NCBI RefSeq assembly: GCF_044704955.1
Contig: NC_091980.1
Coordinates: forward strand, 33,790,001-33,854,000
Direction of reading: 5' to 3'
Source: Pristiophorus japonicus
Lineage: Eukaryota
Length of the DNA stretch: 64,000 nt
The translations under genes and the position numbers were made by a program. Below are positions 34,590 through 45,877 of this stretch, in pieces (the stretch's first letter is position 1; every line of letters begins with the position of its first letter). The notes under the pieces were generated by a model, which was not told the origin of the DNA, did no database searches, and saw only the letters and a list, made by a program, of their open reading frames with translations.

Positions 34590-36392
34590 AAAACTATACT
34601 ACGTCTACAGAATAAAACAGATGCACTATGAAGATGGAGGATAAGGGGGTTCTCAGTGTGGCGGATAAATCCCCTGGACCTGATGGCTTGCATCCTAGGA
34701 TCTTAAAAGAAGTAGCGGCAGGATAGTGGATGCATTGCTTGTAATTTACCAAAATACCGTGGATTCCGGGGAGGTCCCAGCAGATTGGAAAACTGCAAAT
34801 GTAACGCCCCTATTTAAAAAGGGAGGCAGATAAAAAGCAGAAATTATAGACCAGTTAGCTTAACATCTGTGATTGGGAAAATGTTATTAAAGAAGCCAGA
34901 TCTTGCTGGAGCGGGGCATCTCATGGTGTGCCCTGTGAGTTAGAAATACACGTTTAGGTTTAAAAGAAATCTGCCCACAAAGTTACTGGAAGTGCGAGCT
35001 GATAACGATCAGTACACCTGGGACTACATCAAAGAAGTAGTAGCAGGACAGTTGGAAAAGCATAATTCAGTCAGGCAGAGTCAGCATGGATTTATGAAGG
35101 GGAAGTCATGTTTGACAAATTTGCTGGAATTCTTTGAGGATGTAACGATCAGGTTGGATAATGGGGAACCAGTGGATGTGGTGTATTTGGACTTCCATAA
35201 AGCATTTGACAAGGTGCCACATAAAAGATTACTGCACAAGATAAAAGTTCACGGGGTTAGGGGTAATATATTAGCATGGATAGAGGATTGGCTAACTAAC
35301 AGAAAACAGAGAGCCGTGATAAATGGTTCATTCTCAGGTTGGCAAACAGTAACTAGTGGGGTGCCACAGGGATCAGTGCTGGGACCCCAACTATTTACAA
35401 TCTATATTAATGACTTGGATGAAGGGACTGAGTGTAACATAGCAAAGTTTGCTGACGATACAAAGATGAGAGGAAAAGCAATGTGTGAGGATGACACAAA
35501 AAACCTGCAAAAGGATATAGACAGGCTGAGTGAGTGGGCAAAAATTTGGCAGAGGGAGTATAATGTTGGAAAGTGTGAGGTTATGCACTTTGGCAGAAAG
35601 AAAATCGAAGAACAAGTTATTATTTAAATGGAGAAAAATTGCCAAGTGCTGCAGTACAGCGGGACCTGGGGGTGCTGGTGTATGAAATACAAAAGGTTAG
35701 TTTGCAGGTACAGCAAGTAATCAGGAAGGCCAATGGAATCTCGGCCTTTATTGCACTGGGGATGGAGTATAAAAGCAGGGAAGTCTTGCTACAGTTATAC
35801 AGGGTATTGGTGAGGCCACACCTGGAATGCTGCATACAATTTTGGTTTCCACATTTAAGAAAGGATTATGCTTGCTTTGGAGGCAGTTCAGAGATGTTTC
35901 ACAAGGTTGATTCCGGAGATGAGGGCTTGACTTAGGAGGAAAGGTTGAGTAGGATGGGGATCTACTCAGTGGAATTCAGAAGAATGAGAGGTGATCTTAT
36001 CGAAACATATAAGATTATGAGGGGGCTTGACAAGGTGGTTTAAAAAAAAAGGTTGCAGAGAGGATGTTTCCACTGATAGGAGAGACTAGAACTAGGGGGC
36101 ATAATCTTAGAATAAAGGATCGCCCATTTAAAACTAAGGAGGAATTTTTTCTCTCAGATGGTTGTAAATCTGTGGAATTTACTGCCTCAGAGAGCTGTGG
36201 ATGCTGGATCATTGAATAAATTTAAGACCGAGATGGACGGTTTCTTAACCGATAAGGGAATAAGGGGTTATGGGGAGCGGGCAGGGAAGTGGACCTGAGT
36301 CCATGATCGGATCGTCCATGATCGTATTAAATGGTGGAGTAGGCTCGAGGGGCTGTATGGCCTCCTACTGCTCCTATTTCTTATTCTTATGT
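34590..36392 (+). mobile_element. 5'-truncated CR1 LINE (RT region to TCTTATGT tail)
   Basis: ORF 34992-35627 ([22 protein letters not shown]) and ORF 35639-35935. Confidence 0.93.
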
Positions 36393-36679
36393 TTTTTTTA
36401 AACTGCTACGGACCTATAAGTATCACTCCATGTGCTGGAAGAGTAATTCCCTTCTCCAGATGGCACAGTTAAGAGCAAACAAGAGTGGGAATGTCAGTTA
36501 AGAACAAGTTTAGTATTCCACATTTCCTAATGTGAATACCAGTCCAGTGTTGTCAAGACCATGCTTCTGGAATTGTCATGATAGTGATTTGAACTATGTG
36601 TAGTTGCCGTTAACATTTTTTTTTAACTTTCTTCCTCCTCTCTTTCCACCCTCCCCTCCGCGCCCCCCCCCCCCCCCAG

Positions 36680-36812
36680 AGGAAATAAGAATGTCTCCTT
36701 GTCATTTTCGTGGAATATTATTCCAAATGCTGGAATCTTGTATCTTATACCTGCCTCTGGTCAGACAGTAATTCCATTACCTGAACAATACGAAGAATTC
36801 AGAAGATATTGA
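36680..36812 (+). CDS. SPCS3: SPCS3-like exon 5 (stop TGA 36810-36812)
   Basis: Poly-C tract then CAG| acceptor; KGNKNVSLSFSWNIIPNAGILYLIPASGQTVIPLPEQYEEFRRY*; spliced CDS is 534 nt = 177 aa. Confidence 0.93.
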
Positions 36813-36928
36813 TACAAAAGAGAGGGATGGATACAAGGCTGAACCATGAGACTTTTATATTTGGAAAGCTACTTTCATTGCCATGTCTCGACCTTTTGTA
36901 ACTTAGCTAAACAATGCACAATGTTTGT

Positions 36929-36934
36929 AATAAA
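36929..36934 (+). terminator. Candidate polyadenylation signal of the SPCS3-like gene
   Basis: AATAAA ~115 nt after the stop, followed by T-rich sequence. Confidence 0.6.
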
Positions 36935-37179
36935 AGACTTCTAAAGAAAATGCACCACTCTTTATTTATTAGATTATTTTATTCAATGCTTCGTTGTGGT
37001 TTAGTTCTCTCATCCACCGTGGGTATTATTCTTGCCCAAGGGTGGCATTAATATGTACCTATTGAGGGTAGCATTTTGGTGCAGCATGAGAGCCAAACTG
37101 ATCATGTAATTTAGGAGCCTTCAAGTTTAATTATTACTTTTCGCCTGTGTTATTTTTTTAATAATTAAGGAAATTAAAC

Positions 37180-37721
37180 GTGCTGGATTTTTGGCTTTCG
37201 GGGGTTTTTGGCAAAAACGGTAGCAATGCATGAAACTTACCGTTTTCGCTGCGCTACCATTTTTAGCCCGAACTTTTGGCCTTTAAGTCTGCGCCGGGGT
37301 GCATTGGTAAGGAAGGCATTGCACGAGCATTTGTGGTGCAAACCGCATGTTTCGGCAACTTTTGTCCGGGGCTGGGAGCACTGCGAGAGAGCCCTTGGGG
37401 GGTGGGGGGAGGGGAGGGGGGAACATTCCAAAAACATTTACAAGACCCTTATCGAATCGCTGAAAATAAATGTAAAACTTTGTGTAACTTACCTTTTTTG
37501 CAGGTTTTCATACCGCTGCTGGCAGGGCTGCACCGACAAGTTTGACCTGTCGCTGTTCTGGGCGTGGCGTACAGGTTGAGAGTGAGCCAAAAGTCCTCTC
37601 ATCGGCGGTACTTGGAAGCACAGCTGCAAACGGGGTACCCGAGGATCCTGCCCGGGCTTTGCGACCGGTTTTCGCCACGGAGGGTCAAATTGCAGAGAAA
37701 AAACGGCCAGAAATCTGGCCC
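37180..37721. mobile_element. Degenerate Harbinger-like MITE
   Basis: Imperfect terminal inverted repeats GTGCTGGATTTTTGGC / GCCAGAAATCTGGCCC; the left part resembles the terminus at 40687. Confidence 0.5.
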
Positions 37722-38094
37722 ATTGTACCTTGGCGTCAATTGTTTTTCCAGAAAGTCGCAGCTTTCTGGACAGTTTAGTGGGTGATTGCACTGGCTTGTG
37801 TTATACAGAGAAAGTTCCAAATTCAATCTGCAATGAAATTTTTGTGTGATATTCTTTTTGATCATAGTCAGAACAAGAATTGGGAAGTTACAGTTGACTT
37901 GACTGATCATGGACTGGGGGGGGGGGTGGGGGTGGGCGAGAATCAGGCAGCGTTCCTTCTGATGCTGCAAAGTGTATGTTTTGGACATCGGTTGCAGATG
38001 GGATTAGGTTGCACTGTGTAGGTTGCTGGTGACAGGGTGCAACCTTCAGACTATGGTGATTTGAGTTGCTATCACCAGTGAACCTTTTCTTTTT

Positions 38095-38290
38095 CCTGCT
38101 TATACGCAATTACAGCTTAGTGATATGTTTGATACCACCAATATCACTGAGGCTGCTTATACCCAATTACAACTTAGTGATATGTTTGATACCACCAATA
38201 TGATAGGCTGCTTATATCCAATTACAGCTTAGTGATATGTTTGATAGTACCAATATGATGTCTGCGGCCGCTTATATCCAATCGCAACCT
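38095..38290. repeat. ~56-bp tandem repeat, about 3.3 copies
   Basis: GCTTATA..CAATTACAGCTTAGTGATATGTTTGATACCACCAATAT repeated three times. Confidence 0.85.
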
Positions 38291-38309
38291 TGACGTTTTT
38301 GAGGCGTCC

Positions 38310-39454
38310 TGTACCCCTATCTGGTTCTGACCTCAGAATTTAGGTGGATAGTGAGCTTCCCACAATAAAACACTGAGATGCAAAAGACAAGAAATGTTCC
38401 TGGAAAATTCAGGTATGTCCTACTTTATTAAAACCCAGGTGAGCTTTTAAACAAGTTTACATTGCTAAAACAACACACAGGCTAATACACACATGTATAT
38501 TTGGTACGATCCCCCAAAGTGTGGACCAAGTGAAATACAAGGTCAACGCACTGGCTTGTTTAACCACCTTGAACTAAGAAAAGGTCTATGGGAGGAACGG
38601 ACACATCGAAAGTTTTACACAAGTTTAAAACCTTACACCCACTCTATCACCCACCCCTTCCTTTACACCTAACAAGCCTAAGCTGACAGTTGGGAAAAGA
38701 CTCCAGGGTGATACTCACAGTTTCCCTTTTGACAGGTATAGTGGGTCCCACCTTAAATCGGGCTTCTCCAGTCGTCCTTGAAGGTTTTATCTGCTGCGAG
38801 GCTGAGTCCCTCTCTCTTCCTTTGAGGTGTCGTCGGGTCTCTATCTCTGTCTGACTGTGTCTCCTTCCAAGTGTGTGTCCTTCTCCATCTGTATGTCCTT
38901 CTTGCTCTTTCCTTTATATCCGGTTCGGTTCCGGCCCCTTTTTGCGCCCAAACTGAATCAATATCTCATTGTTTGAGTCGAGGTGGGGATGAGGTGTTAA
39001 ATGTTTCTTGTGCACCTCGGTGCCTAATCTTCTGGCTGGCTTATTGTGTCTGGGTCGGGATGTACTAAGGTGTGAGGCTTTCCCATTGTCTTTATGTACA
39101 TGGGTAATGGGCTGGTAATAGGCTCATCTCCTTGATTAGATCCAGGTAAGCTGTTTACAAAATGGGCCGGGTATTCCCCATTGGTCGACGATTTCCCTGC
39201 TTCTGGCCCGGCTCGATTCACTGATTGGCTGGCCCAGGATGCACTTTCCCGGGATTGGCTGGCTTCTCAGCCTGCCTGTGGCCCCCGAATTCACACAGTG
39301 TCTGGCCACAGACATATTTTCCAGCCTGCCTTTCTTCCTGCGGCTTGCCTTGGCCAAAGTTTGATTAAAAGGGTGTATGGAATGGTCCCATGCTCTGTTT
39401 CCTTGTTACTGGGTGCCTTTTTTTTTGTGTAGCACTGGATTTTCGACCCTTACA
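38310..39454 (-). mobile_element. Possible long solo LTR
   Basis: TGTACCCC...CCCTTACA ends; minus-strand TATAAA (~38913) and AATAAA (~38424) in LTR order; no TSD found. Confidence 0.3.
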
Positions 39455-39464
39455 ACTTTAATTC

Positions 39465-39965
39465 GGGTAGAACAGATGTTAGCGACCTCGATCAGGCCAA
39501 TGTCCCCAGCATCGAAGCACTGACCACACTTGACCAGCTCCGTTAGGCGGGCCACATTGTTCGCATGCCAGACACAAGACTCCCAAAGCAAGCACTCTAC
39601 TCTAAACTACACGGCAAATGAGCCCCAGGTGGGAAGAGGAAACGTTTCGAGGACACCCCCAAAGCCTCCTTGATAAAGTGCTACATTCCCACCAACACCT
39701 GGGAATCCCTGGCCAAAGACCGCCCTAAGTGGAGGAAGAGCATCCGCGAGGGCGCTGAGCACCTAGAGTGTCGTCGCCGAGAGCATGCGGAAAACAAGCG
39801 CAGGCAGCAGAAGGAGTATGCGGCAAACCAGTCCCACCCACCCTTTCCTTCAACGACTGTCCCACCTGTGACAGAGACTGTAATTGGACTGTTCAGTCAC
39901 CTAAGAACTCACTTTTAGAGTGGAAGCAAGTCTTCCTCGATTTCGAGGGACTGCCTATGATGATG
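39465..39965 (+). mobile_element. RTE LINE 3' end
   Basis: RMPDTRLPKQALY...WESLAKDRPKWRKSIREGAEH...; ATGATGATG tail. Confidence 0.88.
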
Positions 39966-40781
39966 AATTCCCCCCACCTAGCCCATGGTTGCAAAACCTG
40001 TCAACTTTAGCTCAGCTTATGACGACTACTGGGAACTGTGGCCGAGAGGGAATTTTTAAAACTTGTCATCGTGAAAGGAATACACACCTCTGCATATAAG
40101 AAATCCTAGAAATGTAGAGCCCGCTGACCATAGACTGTAAATGCGTGTGCGTTGCTTAGGCAGGCACAATGGGATGCCCCAGGTGTGAATTGGTTGAGCC
40201 ATCATATTCAGTTACAAACATCCTTGCCATTATCAACGAATGGTTATCCATTCAATATTCATCTATAAAAATGCAGCCGCCTGTGGATGAATGTTAATGT
40301 AATTATGAAAGATGCAGTTGTCTACTGCCTTTTTTCATATAGGATCAAAATCACTTCTAAGTTATATCATTAAATAACTTGTTTTTAATTTGTGATGGTA
40401 ACTAGGTCAGATGGAAGTTACAGCAAATAAATTGTTTAAAGTCGATGTTTATTTTGATGTTGAATGGCACATTTATTATTTTATGTAATGAAAAGGGTAG
40501 TGAAGAGTATGATTCACTTTTATATCATGATGGCATGTATTGACAGTAAGATTGTGATCCCTGTGTCTCACTATCATTTACCTCAATACTAGGCAGAATA
40601 AGGCACATGCCGGATCATAGAGAATTCAAGGCCCACTTACAAAATTGGCCAGTAACACTGAACCGACAAAATATCTTAACATATTGGGCTAGAAATTCGG
40701 TTTTCAGCGAAAATGGTATTTTTACGCCAAAATTACCGTTTTGCTTCACGACTGTTAGTAGGCCCAATTTTCGGCCTTTAT

Positions 40782-43700
40782 CCGCGTGATCGTGGTACAT
40801 GTTTTGCCGGTGACGCCGGGTTTCCACATGATCATTAAGTTCCAGGTGGACGAAGGAGAGCCTGGTTTTGAGTGCTCTCTTCATTAACAATTCCACCGGA
40901 GGAACCCTGATAAGCAAGTGGGGTCACATCCAGTCGCTGAGCAGAACTGGAGTTAAACAGGTCTGCAGGGAGCCGTCCGTCACGCGTTTCAAGCTCTGCT
41001 TGATAGTTTGAAGTGCCCATTCCGCTTGACTGTTGGATGCGGGCTTAAACTGAACAGACCTGATATGCTTAATGCCATTGCGGGTCATAAACTCGTTGAA
41101 TTCCGAGCTGGTGAAACACGGACCATTGTCGCTGACAAGGACGTCGGGCAAGCCATGGGTGGCGAACATGGCCCAGAGGCTTTCAATGATGGCAGTGGAC
41201 ATGCAGGATGACATAATTACACATTCAATCCATTTAGAGTAAGCACCACTACCGCTAAGAACATCTTTCCTAGAAGCGGGCCAGCGCAATCGACGTGGAC
41301 CCTGGACCACGATTTGGAGGGCCATGACCACAGACTCAATCGAGCCTCCCTTGGTGCATTGCTCAACTGTGAGCAAGTGTTACATTGGTGTACACATGAC
41401 TCCAAATCTGAGTCAATGCCGGACCACCAAACATGCGACCTGGCGATAGCCTTCAGCATGACTATGCCTGGGTGGGTACTGCGTAGGTCGCGTATAAACG
41501 TTTCCCTGCCTTTTTTTTGCAAAACCACGCGATTACCCCATAAGAGACAATCCGACTGGATGAACATTTCATCTTTACGTTGGTGAAGTGGCTTAATTTC
41601 ATCTTGCATTTCCCTGGGAACAGCCGACCAGCTCCCACTGAGGATGCAACTTTTTACTAGTGATAGCACAGGGTCCAGGCTGGTCCAAGTCCTGATCTGG
41701 CGAGCCATGACTGGTGACCCCTCGCTCTCAAAAACATCCATGACCAGAAGCAAGTCTGTGGGTTATGCCATTTCCACCCCGGTGGTGGGCAATGGTAGCC
41801 GACTGAGGGCATCAGCACAGTTCTCCATGCCTGGTCTGTGGCAGATAACATCGTCATAAGCGGACAATGTTGGTGCCCATCTTTGGATGCGGGATGAAGC
41901 ATTGGTGTTTATACCTTTGTTTTATGAAAACAGCGAAATGAGCAATTTGTGGTCGATTTCAAGCTCGAACAGGAGTCCAACTAGGTATTGGTGCATTTTT
42001 TTAAACCCCATGTATGCATGCTAACGCCTCTTTCTCAACCATACTGTAGGCTCTTTCAGCCTTAGATAGACTTCTAGACGTATATGCAACCGGTTGCAGT
42101 TTGCCTGATACATTGGTTTGCTGTAACCCACACCCGACCGCGTACGAAGATGCATCAGAAGCTAGCACTAAATGTTTACACGGGTCATACAATGCAAGTA
42201 ACTTGTTAGAACATAGCGGGTTTCTAGCCTTCTCAAAGGCTGTCTCTTGAGATTTACCCCAAACCCAGTCATCACCCTTGCATAGCAGCATGTGCAATGG
42301 TTCCAGCAAAGTGCTCAAACCCAGGTAGAAAGTTACCAAAATAGTTGAGGAGTCCCAGGAACGAACGCAGCTCCATCACATTCTGTGGTCTGGGTGCGTT
42401 CTTGATGGCCTCTGTCTTTAAGTCCGTGGGTCTGATGCCATCTGCCGCAATCTTTCTCCCCAAAAATTTGACCTCTGGCGCTAGGAAAATACACTTATAG
42501 CATTTCAGCCTGAGTCCCACTCTGTCTAGTTGACTTAAAACCTCGTCCAGGTTGTGCAGGTGTACGGTGGTGTCACGACAGGTGATCAGGATGTCGTCTT
42601 GAAACACAACGGTGCGCGGAACCGATTTCAACAGACTCTCCATGTTCCTCTTGAAAATGGCAGCAGCCGAGCGAATCCCAAAAGGGCATCTGTGGTATAT
42701 AAACAGTCTTTTGGCGTGTTGATGCACGTCAATCTTTTCGAAGATTCTGCCAGCTCCTGTGTCATGTAAGCGGAGGTTAGATCCAATTTAGTGAATGACT
42801 TCCTCCCTGCTAATGTTGCGAACAGGTCACCCGCCTTGGGTAGTGGATACTGGTCCTGTAACGAGACTCGGTTGCTCATTACCTTGTAGTCTCTGCATAA
42901 TCTGACCGTGCCATCGCTTTTCAACACCGGAACAATTGGGCTGGCCCACTCGTTGAACTCAACTGGCGATGTGATTCTCGTTGAAGTCTGTCCAGTTCGA
43001 TCTCTACTTTCTCCCTCATCATATATGGAACTGCTCGAGCCTTGTGATGAATAGGCCGTGCATCAGGGACTAGATGGATCTGCACCTTGGCACCTGTGAA
43101 GTTGCCGATGCCTGGTTCAAATAGCGACGGAAATTTGCTCAGCACTTGAGCGCACAAGGCGTCATCCACCGAAGATAGTACTTTGATGTCCTTCCAGTTC
43201 CATTGAATCTTTCATCGCCAGCTTCTGCCGAACAGCGTTGGGCCATCGCCTGATACAATCCATAGTGGTAAATCATGATCAGCTCCATCGTTCGATACCT
43301 TCACTGCCGCACTGCCAATGACTGGTATGAGCTCTTTGGTGTAAGAACATAAGAACATAAGAATTAGGAACAGGAGTAGGCCATCTAGCCCCTCGAGCCT
43401 GCTCCGAACAAGATCATGGCTGATCTGGCCGTGGACTCAGCTCCACTTACCAGCCCACTCCCCATAACCCTTAATTCCCTTATTGGTTAAAAATCTATCT
43501 ATCTGTGACTTGAATACATTCAATGAGCTAGCCTCAGCTGCTTCCTTGGGCAGAGAATTCCACAGATTCACAACACTCTGGGAGAAGAAATTCCTTCTCA
43601 ACTCGGTTTTAAATTGGCTCCCCCATATTTTGAGGCTGTGCCCCCTAGTTCTAGTCTCCCCGACCAACCTCTCGGCCTCTATCTTGTCTATCCCTTTCAT

Positions 43701-45385
43701 TATTTTAAATGTTTCTATAAGATCATCCCTCATCCTTCTGAACTCCAACGAGTAAAGACCCAGTTTACTCAATCTATCATTATAAGGTAACCTCATCTCC
43801 GAAATCAGCCTAGTGAATCATCTCTGTACCCTCTCCAAGGCTAGTATATCCTTCCTTAAGTAAGGTGACCAAAACTGAATGCAGTACTCCAGGCGCGGCC
43901 TCACCAATACCCTGTACAGTTGTAGTAGGAGGACCTCCCTGCTTTTGTACGCCATCCCTCTCGCAATGAAGGCCAACATTCCATTCACCTTCCTGATTAC
44001 CTGCTGCCCCTGCAAACTAACTTTTTGGGATTCATGCACAAGGACCCCCAGTTTCCTCTGCACCACAGCCTGTTGTAATTTCTCCCCATTCAAATAATAT
44101 TCCCTTTTACTGTTTTTTTACAAAGCTGGATGACCTCACATTTTCCGACATTGTATTCCATCTGCCAAACCTTAGCCCATTCGCTTAACCTATCTAAATC
44201 TCTTTGCAGCCTCTCTGTGTCCTCTACACAACCCGCTTTCCCACTAATCTTTGTGTCATCTGCAAATTTTGTTACACTACACTCTGTCCCCTCTTCCAGA
44301 TCATCTATGTATATTGTAAACAGTTGTGATCCCAGCACCAATCCCTGTGGCACACCACTAACCACCGATTGCCAACCTGAAAAGGACCCATTTATCCCGA
44401 CTCTCTGCTTTCTGTTAGTCAGCCAATTGTCTATCCATGCTAATACATTTCCCCTGACTCCGCGTACCTTTATCTTCTGCACTAACCTTTTGTGTGGCAC
44501 CTTATCGAATGCCTTTTGGAAATCCAAATACACCACATCTATTGGTACACCTCTATTCACCATGCTTGTTATATCCTCAAAGAATTCCAGTAAATTAGTT
44601 AAACATGATTTCCCCTTCATGAATCCATGTTGCGTCTGCTTGATTGCACTATTCCTATCTAGATGTCCCGCTATTTCTTCCTTAATGATAGCTTCAAGCA
44701 TTTTCCCCACTGTGCAGCTCGGTGTGGATCGAGCTTAGTTTTGGCCTTTGTGCCTTGTTGCTGCTCAGTTTCTCAAAAGCCTTCTGGCTCATAATTGACT
44801 GACTCGCCCCGTGTCCAATTCCATGGAAACTGGAATGTCATTTAATTTGACTTTCAGCATTATAGAAGGGCTCTTGTTGGTGAAGGTGTGTACCCCATAC
44901 ATTCTTCCTTGGCCTCGGGTTGAGTTGCCTCTCTTACTCGTTCTGCGTGATCTGCTTCGGATCGACCATCTTCTGCCGACTCTGTCATGTGGTGAGTCGC
45001 AGCATGTTTGCACATTCGCTGGAGGTGCCCCATTGTTTCGCATCTTTTGCACCCGTAGTGCTTGAATCGACATTGATGGGCTCTATGATTACCCCTGCAG
45101 CGCCAACAGGGTGTTAATGGATTCGCACTCATGCCCCACGGCAGACTCTGAGTCATCCTAGGTCTTGCAACTGCAGACGTGTAGGCCCTGCCATGTACAG
45201 TTCTGCCTGCTAACGGTGTTATTTTATGCACAGTACTTGCCGATGAGCTTTGATGCTGAGAAAATATCAGTTTAGTATTATCGTTCGTGGACATGAAAGC
45301 CTGGGATATCGTGATGACCTTGTTCTTGTCTGGGGATTCGGCAGACAGCAGCTTACGAAGAATGACCTCGTGGCCGATTCCAAGC
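40782..45385 (-). mobile_element. LTR-less internal region of a Mag-like Gypsy element (gag C-terminus, PR, RT, RNase H, IN) with a nested CR1
   Basis: Minus ORFs 44860-45294 (CCHC), 44789-45073 (LDTG), 42272-43169 (RT FQDD), 42001-42339 (RNase H), 40924-41753 (IN). Confidence 0.9.
43344..44711 (-). mobile_element. 5'-truncated CR1 inserted into the Gypsy protease region
   Basis: (AAGAACAT)n tail at 43344; RT ORFs 44090-44710, 43818-44093 and 43437-43796. Confidence 0.93.
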
Positions 45386-45877
45386 TAGGAAGCCTTTGAG
45401 AGGGTATGGAACGATCAAGCTGAACGATCCAAGCTGGTCCGGTTCAGGCAAAGCTGCACACCTACACCAAGGAACTGATATCAGTTGTTGGTAGTGCAGA
45501 TGTAAGTGTATCCCATGATGGCGCGGTGCACAATTTACCATTGTGGATTGTTTCAGGTGATGGACCAACGCTACTTGGAGGAAGATGGATGAGGAAGATT
45601 CATTGGAACTGTGAAGACTTCATCCCTCCAGCGATCGACGTCCCCATGCTCAAAGGCAGAGCAAGCCCCCACCTTCAGTTGGACCAGGTATCGGAGAGAA
45701 GATCCGTGCAGCCCCCGAGGCACAGCCCGCTCATCATGACTGTGTGGCGATGATCCGGCCGAGACAACCCGAACGCACCTTCCCGGTTTCAGTGGCAGGA
45801 CTCCTGTGGAGGAAGATTGTATCCGAGGGCGCCTTCCCAGCTTCAGTGGCAGAATCCCTGGGAAAGAAGATCGCGGC

